The notes beneath the pieces are model-generated. The model was not told the DNA's origin, ran no database searches, and worked only from the letters and a program-made list of their open reading frames with translations. This document shows positions 58,570 to 64,000 of a DNA stretch of 64,000 nucleotides, in pieces. Source of the stretch: Minisyncoccota bacterium (GTDB lineage Bacteria > Patescibacteriota > Minisyncoccia > JAHIHE01 > JAGLIN01); contig JAQVBZ010000005.1 of the NCBI GenBank assembly GCA_028690055.1, forward strand, positions 379 through 64,378. Reading direction: 5' to 3'. A program made the position numbers and the translations under genes. Numbering within the stretch: the stretch's first letter is position 1; each line of letters opens with the position of its first letter.

Positions 58570-59853
58570 ATGCTTCCATTAGAAACTAAGCTGAAATACT
58601 GCTTATATGCTAGAAAAAGCACTGAATCAGATGAGCGACAAGCCTTATCAATTGATTCTCAAGTTAAAGAAATGCTTCAAATAGCCGAACGAGAAAACTT
58701 AGAAATCGTTGATATCAGGAGAGAATCAAAATCAGCCAAAGACTCAGGTAACCGTCCTATCTTCAAAGAGTTAATCAAAGATATAACGGAAGAAAAGTTC
58801 AACGCTATCATTACCTGGGCTCCCGATAGACTTTCTAGAAACGCTGGCGATTTAGGATCGCTAGTTGATTTAATGGATGAGAAAAAATTAATGAGCATTC
58901 GTACTTTTGGCCAAACTTTTAGTAATTCTCCAAATGAAAAGTTTCTGCTCATGATTTTATGTTCTCAGGCCAAACTAGAAAATGATAATCGAGGGATAAA
59001 CGTAAAAAGAGGTTTAAGGGCAAGATGCGAGATGGGCTTATGGCCGACCTGTCCGCCAACGGGATACTTTAAAGAAAAGCGAGTTGATCATAAAGGACAA
59101 TGCTTAGTTGATCCTGATAGAGGTCCGGTAATAAAGCAAATGTTTGAGAAGGTTGCTTATGAGAAATGGTCCGGCCGAAAGCTTTATAACTGGCTTAGAT
59201 TCGATTTAAACTTTAGGACAGCTTTAGGTAAAAAACACTTAAGTCTCGGTAATATTTATCGACTTCTAGAAAATACCTTCTATTATGGCCCTTTTGAATA
59301 TCCTCGTGGTAGTGGTAACTGGTATCAGGGAAAACATGAACCGATAATCACCAAAGAAGTATTCGATTTAGTCCAAGAACAGATGAAGAATTCCCAACTA
59401 GTCAGACGAGAGAATATTGAGTTTGCCTTTACTAAAGTAATGAAGTGCGGTTTATGCGGTTCGGGAATTTCAGCCACGGAAAAATTTAAGAAGTTAAAAG
59501 ATGGCGGCTATAATCGCCATGTCTACTACGGATGTACCAAAGCAAAAGACAATAATTGTAAATCAGGCTATATTAGCGAAGAAGACCTGATTAAACAATT
59601 ACAAAAACAAATCGATAAATTGGATTTTAAAAAAGTTTCTATTCAAGATAAAATTCAGGGAGAAATCAAAAGATTCAAAAAGTTTCAAATCATGGCAACT
59701 GGCAAAAATGACAATATCGACGTAAGCGACGTCGATATTAAAAATTACATCAAATTCTTGTTAAAAGAAGGAGACGATCAAGAGAAACGAGAACTACTCA
59801 CATGCTTAAATGGGGAGATATTGTTGAAGAATAAGGTGATTGTGATTAAATAA
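58570..59853 (+). CDS. Large serine recombinase
   Basis: YARKS catalytic Ser, DRLSRN, recombinase domain (HEPIITKEVF) and CGLCG...YYGC zinc ribbon. Confidence 0.95.
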   Translation: MLPLETKLKYCLYARKSTESDERQALSIDSQVKEMLQIAERENLEIVDIRRESKSAKDSGNRPIFKELIKDITEEKFNAIITWAPDRLSRNAGDLGSLVDLMDEKKLMSIRTFGQTFSNSPNEKFLLMILCSQAKLENDNRGINVKRGLRARCEMGLWPTCPPTGYFKEKRVDHKGQCLVDPDRGPVIKQMFEKVAYEKWSGRKLYNWLRFDLNFRTALGKKHLSLGNIYRLLENTFYYGPFEYPRGSGNWYQGKHEPIITKEVFDLVQEQMKNSQLVRRENIEFAFTKVMKCGLCGSGISATEKFKKLKDGGYNRHVYYGCTKAKDNNCKSGYISEEDLIKQLQKQIDKLDFKKVSIQDKIQGEIKRFKKFQIMATGKNDNIDVSDVDIKNYIKFLLKEGDDQEKRELLTCLNGEILLKNKVIVIK

Positions 59854-59881
59854 CTTCAAAAATTAATTAAAAAAATAGCAC

Positions 59882-60619
59882 CTATTTAATCACATTCCAA
59901 TTATCGAGAAAATATCCCATTTCGTGATCCATATTACCGAGATAAATCTTCTCATCTCTAAATTTGATATTTACGCGGTAGCGTTTGCCGTGCCCGACTT
60001 CCAAAATTGCTTTTTCGTGGACTTTCTTCTCAACTTCGTGAAATGGCAAAATTAGAAAGTGATTTTTCTTTTCTCCGTGCAGGACGAAAATATAAAAAAC
60101 ATTGCCGTTACTATGTCGCTCAAAAGAAACTTTGCGGATATCAAAAACATAGGTATTAAATCGATTAATATTTGAAGTTTTAACCTGTATGCCAAATAAC
60201 TGATTATCTCTGACAGCCACAATGTCTATTCCGACATCTACGCTCATTATGCTGGCATTGAAACCACGAAAAAGGAGTTCCGAGCAAACAAGATGTTCAC
60301 CGCCTTTGCCGGTAAATCCACCTTCAATTACAATCTTTTCCTCCTCAGCCTTTTCCACCTCTCGGATTCTTGGTGTTTCTCTGATTTCTTTTTTGTTTGG
60401 GTTAAGGGCATAAGTTCCGGGGGCAATTCTTACAAAATCTGATCCTTCGCCTTTGGTTTTGATATCCACCACAATCTGCGCCTTCATAGTCGCTTCCGGC
60501 GTTGCGCCTTCGGTTTCCAGAAGGCCGGACTCCAAGGCTAAACGAGTGATTTCGGTATAGTGCAGAGGCTTTTTAGTTTTTTGCAATATTTCAATAGCGG
60601 ATTGTTTGAAGGTGTTCAT
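59882..60619 (-). CDS. HARE-HTH fused to a restriction-endonuclease-like domain
   Basis: PLHYTEI...GATPEATM N-terminus; GE..V..ELL ... D.GIDIV ... IQVKT nuclease motif. Confidence 0.82.
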   Translation of the reverse strand: MNTFKQSAIEILQKTKKPLHYTEITRLALESGLLETEGATPEATMKAQIVVDIKTKGEGSDFVRIAPGTYALNPNKKEIRETPRIREVEKAEEEKIVIEGGFTGKGGEHLVCSELLFRGFNASIMSVDVGIDIVAVRDNQLFGIQVKTSNINRFNTYVFDIRKVSFERHSNGNVFYIFVLHGEKKNHFLILPFHEVEKKVHEKAILEVGHGKRYRVNIKFRDEKIYLGNMDHEMGYFLDNWNVIK

Positions 60620-60625
60620 ATTGTA

Positions 60626-61516
60626 TTAACTAACGATGTTGTGTTTTTTAAATATATCTAGAAAAGTTGGAGTTGCAAACCCGAAAGAATAGTTAGCATT
60701 TAAGGTTTCAATAAAAGCTTTCTCCTTGTAGACTTTCAATTGTTTTGCATTCTCTTCAGAAATCATATTCTCTCGTTCATTGATTCTTATTGACCTGAAT
60801 CCCTTGACGATAGAAATAACTTTTCCCGTTTTTACATCAAAAATTGGGCCACCGCTATTTCCCGGGTTAAATGCAAGTGTAAATTCATATAAATAATTTG
60901 TTGTAGAAGTCTGGTATCGACAATTAACAACGCCTCGATCTGTTCGAAGTAAAATATTGCCGATCAGTGGCTTATTTATATCTCTTTCTTGAAATCCAAG
61001 TTCACAAAGTGGGTATCCGAGCACGCCAACCTCAGAGCCGATTGGTAAAAATTCTTTCGATATTCTTATAAAATCATTTCTATCGGCGAATATTCGATCA
61101 TTAACTTGATAAAATTCATCATCCAAATAAATAACAGCGAGATCAATATCAGGATAGATAAATATTTCTTTATCTAATTTTGGTTCAAAAATTCTACAGT
61201 GCCAATTATTATCATCATCGTGCCTCAAAAGATAATATTTATCGCCGTTTTGATGTTGGGCTAGTTCATCCTTCTCCGGATCATTTATAACATGTGCAGC
61301 CGTAACATATCGGTTTGGAGCAGCGATAAAGCCTGAACCCAAAGTAATCCAATTGATACTTTCTTGTTTGTCGATCTTAATTTTTCTGCCACGAACAATA
61401 ATATAAACAGATTTTTTTAACCATTTAACACATTCGGGAAACGAGTGAAAATTTTCCGGTCTTTTTGGAAGTTTTGGCCCTTGATATTTTTTATCTCTTT
61501 TATTCTTTTTAGGCAT
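60626..61516 (-). CDS. Trypsin-like serine protease
   Basis: GSGF, TAAHV, DLAV, LGYP and GNSGGP catalytic triad motifs; no signal peptide. Confidence 0.9.
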   Translation of the reverse strand: MPKKNKRDKKYQGPKLPKRPENFHSFPECVKWLKKSVYIIVRGRKIKIDKQESINWITLGSGFIAAPNRYVTAAHVINDPEKDELAQHQNGDKYYLLRHDDDNNWHCRIFEPKLDKEIFIYPDIDLAVIYLDDEFYQVNDRIFADRNDFIRISKEFLPIGSEVGVLGYPLCELGFQERDINKPLIGNILLRTDRGVVNCRYQTSTTNYLYEFTLAFNPGNSGGPIFDVKTGKVISIVKGFRSIRINERENMISEENAKQLKVYKEKAFIETLNANYSFGFATPTFLDIFKKHNIVS

Positions 61517-61536
61517 AAATCAAAATTTCTATAATA

Positions 61537-62073
61537 TTAAAATTGAAATGCTTTTTCTTTATATTGATTTATTTTTTCTGATAAACTATCAATCTCTTTA
61601 ATTTTTTGACGAATAGTTTTAGGCGTCATCGACACTTTCTTAAATTTCACAAATCCTTCATCTGTATCCACAACAATTTTCGCTCTAACATATCCATCTT
61701 TACTAAGCGATTGCCAATTTGCGTGAACAATACTATTCCTAAATGTATTTAACTCATTAAGTCGATTTCGTAGTTTATCCAAAATTGCTTTGTGTTTTTT
61801 GTTATTAAACGATTCTAAACGAACATACATCTTATAAAAAAGATCGATTTTATTGCTTGTCGTTAGTTTTTCAATAATTACGAATCCAGTTTCGTGGCTA
61901 TCATCATGCAAAAAATCTGCGATTGCGATGTTTAACTCTTGTTCTAAAATACTGAAACTAACTAGAAATTTTCCAATTAACAAGAAATATTTATCAGCTA
62001 CTTTTTCCAGATATTCTCCGTCTGAAAAATCATACTGTTCCATCTCATCATAAATTACTTGATTCGTATTCAT
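61537..62073 (-). CDS. HEPN-like helical protein
   Basis: Helical composition with Rx4H motif FRNSIVH. Confidence 0.55.
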   Translation of the reverse strand: MNTNQVIYDEMEQYDFSDGEYLEKVADKYFLLIGKFLVSFSILEQELNIAIADFLHDDSHETGFVIIEKLTTSNKIDLFYKMYVRLESFNNKKHKAILDKLRNRLNELNTFRNSIVHANWQSLSKDGYVRAKIVVDTDEGFVKFKKVSMTPKTIRQKIKEIDSLSEKINQYKEKAFQF

Positions 62074-62131
62074 AGTTCGCTGTTAGATGTTTTTGCTGAA
62101 ACAGAAGGAATAAATTCACGTTTTTAGCACA

Positions 62132-63295
62132 TTACCGATTTCCTTTTGCTCGATTGTGTGTCTTACACAACATCTCGCAGTTTTTAATATCACTCTTACC
62201 ACCCTTACTCCATGCCGAAACATGATCGGCGTCCATATCCGCAATACTCCAAATCTTGTCTTTGTTTGCATCGTGTCCAATCGCACAGTGAGAGCAGTTT
62301 GAAACACCCTTTTTCTTTGCGATAGCGGTTTGAGCTTCGTAAACTGAACGTTTAGTTGAATCCTCAAATACTCGTACTTCAAGAAGTTTTGTTTCAACTC
62401 CTCCACCTAAAACATACTCAAAAATGCCTTTTCGACTTTTTACGAAACCATCAGCATAGAGTTTTTTAACCAGGGCAGAGACGGTAGTTGGATTGAATTT
62501 TTTCTTGTGATAAGTTTCGTAAAGCCTGTTCCACTCCAAGCCTTTCATCTCACTTTCAACTTCAGTAAATGTACTTGAGACCCAATCAATAACAGTGTCG
62601 AAATGTTTTTTTAGTTCGGTAATATTTTTGTCATTGCGGTGCTTACTCATGTAACTATCGATACCACCACCAGAAACCCAATCTAAAGCCCGTTCCAAAT
62701 ATGCTTGGCGCTTTATATCACCTGCAATGTACGCGCCCCATTTAAGCACATTGGCATTTTGACTATTGCTAAATTCTTCGCGGCCACGAGTGACAAAAGG
62801 CCCAGAATATACTGCGTTAAGAATCTCTTGTTCGGTTAATGGTACGCCAGCGATGTTGATAGTCTTAAACCAATCCTTAATCTCAGGCTCGTCGCCTTTA
62901 CATATATACACCAACAATTTAGTGTTCATTATTTGCTCGCGCTGACTGGTGGCCATACCGCTGTAATACTGTTCGTGACCATTCTTGTCTTTAACAGCAA
63001 ACTTGCCTTTCACAAACCGACCAATGCTAGTGATACGTTGCTGTCCATCGAGCACTTCAAATTTATCATTGTCAACTTGGTTGAAATAAATTAAACCTAT
63101 TGGATAACCTTTCAAGATCGAGTCAATTACAGCAACATCACGTTTGCCGTCAGCGTAAATGTAATTACGCTGATACTCTGGTTGAATAGTCAGTTTACCA
63201 GAGAGGCCAAACAAACCCTTTCCTTCGAATTCGTTATATTCGAACCCGTCACAAACTTCTTTAATGGTGATATCATTCTTTAAGGTTGTTTTCAT
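62132..63295 (-). CDS. DUF262 + HNH endonuclease (GmrSD-like)
   Basis: PEYQRNY, LDGQQR, F..IN; C-terminal CSHC...DADH...GG...NC.MLC..HN..K. Confidence 0.9.
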   Translation of the reverse strand: MKTTLKNDITIKEVCDGFEYNEFEGKGLFGLSGKLTIQPEYQRNYIYADGKRDVAVIDSILKGYPIGLIYFNQVDNDKFEVLDGQQRITSIGRFVKGKFAVKDKNGHEQYYSGMATSQREQIMNTKLLVYICKGDEPEIKDWFKTINIAGVPLTEQEILNAVYSGPFVTRGREEFSNSQNANVLKWGAYIAGDIKRQAYLERALDWVSGGGIDSYMSKHRNDKNITELKKHFDTVIDWVSSTFTEVESEMKGLEWNRLYETYHKKKFNPTTVSALVKKLYADGFVKSRKGIFEYVLGGGVETKLLEVRVFEDSTKRSVYEAQTAIAKKKGVSNCSHCAIGHDANKDKIWSIADMDADHVSAWSKGGKSDIKNCEMLCKTHNRAKGNR

Positions 63296-63296
63296 A

Positions 63297-64000
63297 TTAT
63301 TTTTTCTTGTGCTTAATAAAAATTCGCTTGTAAGCCATTTTTGCTATGCCATCTTCATAAAAACCAGCAGTAGGATTGCCTTCTTTGTAAGCACCAGTGC
63401 CACCAGCTTTGTAATAGTCTTCTACAAATTGTTTTTTTAAACCAGGAGAGGTCTTATACTTATCATCTACGAGGCCGTTATCGCTTGTCCCTAAAATATC
63501 AAATTGTCCGGGTGAATATTTATCTAAAAAACTGATTGGTACGCCCATAACGCCGTTGTAGTCTTTCGGAATATTTTTTACTAAAGCAATTTCAATCGCA
63601 TCATAATTGTCATAGTGTACGAATGGCTTGTTTGTACTGAACTTTATAACATCGGCGTGAGTCATTAAGGGAATCGGTTGGTGTAGTCGTCCGTGATCAA
63701 GATTTGTAAACCAACGCACCCCTTGGACTCTTGTTATATAAGTCTTTTTACCTTTTTCGTCAGTCTTAATTTCACGCACTTGGTCTAAGTTTGCAACAGC
63801 TTCTGGAATCTCGTAGAACATTGCACCACCGTTAACTCTTGCATTGTTTCCGAGCCATACCTTATTCTCTTTGATCATTGGAAAAATTTCCTTATAGGTT
63901 ATTGCATTGAGATTACCAATGATTAGAAATTGCTTTTTATGCTCGAAAAGTTGCGTAATATATTCCCGAAATAAACTAAATGGAGGATTGGTGACTACGA
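63297..64000 (-). CDS. EcoRI-family adenine methyltransferase (5' part outside window)
   Basis: The frame is open to the window end, reading [13 protein letters not shown]...FLIIGN; also WFTNLD, YDNYDAI and [11 protein letters not shown]. Confidence 0.9.
   Translation of the reverse strand, partial: VVTNPPFSLFREYITQLFEHKKQFLIIGNLNAITYKEIFPMIKENKVWLGNNARVNGGAMFYEIPEAVANLDQVREIKTDEKGKKTYITRVQGVRWFTNLDHGRLHQPIPLMTHADVIKFSTNKPFVHYDNYDAIEIALVKNIPKDYNGVMGVPISFLDKYSPGQFDILGTSDNGLVDDKYKTSPGLKKQFVEDYYKAGGTGAYKEGNPTAGFYEDGIAKMAYKRIFIKHKKK

Larger units (their letters stand above)
44420..64000. mobile_element. AT-rich integrative element / defence island (right end not resolved in window)
   Basis: Visible shift to AT-rich sequence, serine recombinase, S24 repressor, terminase pair, multiple defence genes and tRNA-like fragments at the left edge. 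Confidence 0.75.

Noticed and set aside
44420-64000. Complete prophage
   Set aside because: No portal, capsid, tail, lysis or replication genes are recognisable in the window.

Overview
The window looks like a Patescibacteria (CPR/Parcubacteria-like) chromosome segment in the standard genetic code. The taxon is an inference from gene content and protein style. The left part (1 to ~34 kb) is backbone: ligA, a type IV pilus cluster (pilD, two pilins, pilT, receiver protein, pilB, pilM), Hsp20, valS, recG, nnrD, a NUDIX hydrolase, CapA, a peroxiredoxin and an unusual tRNA-Arg(GCG). It also holds a 1299-aa repeat-stalked beta-helix surface protein, several pseudogenes and at least two families of REP-like palindromes. 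34-43 kb carries a type III R-M operon and a redox/Mrp operon. From ~44.4 kb to the end lies an AT-rich island preceded by tRNA-3'-like fragments. Its core is an S24 repressor, a ParB-methyltransferase, small and large terminase and a large serine recombinase, with no portal, capsid or tail genes in the window. Its cargo is defence: Lamassu-like, TIR+caspase (type IV Thoeris-like), Shedu, DUF262-HNH with an EcoRI-family MTase, and a HEPN-like/trypsin/HTH-nuclease trio. The best leads are: (i) a ~200-nt structured leader with terminator/antiterminator and pseudoknot potential at 57.5-57.7 kb; (ii) the capsid-less terminase element itself; (iii) a conserved terminator+promoter module in front of two different defence operons; (iv) the disaggregatase-like surface protein. 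All family calls come from motifs read by eye; no searches were run.
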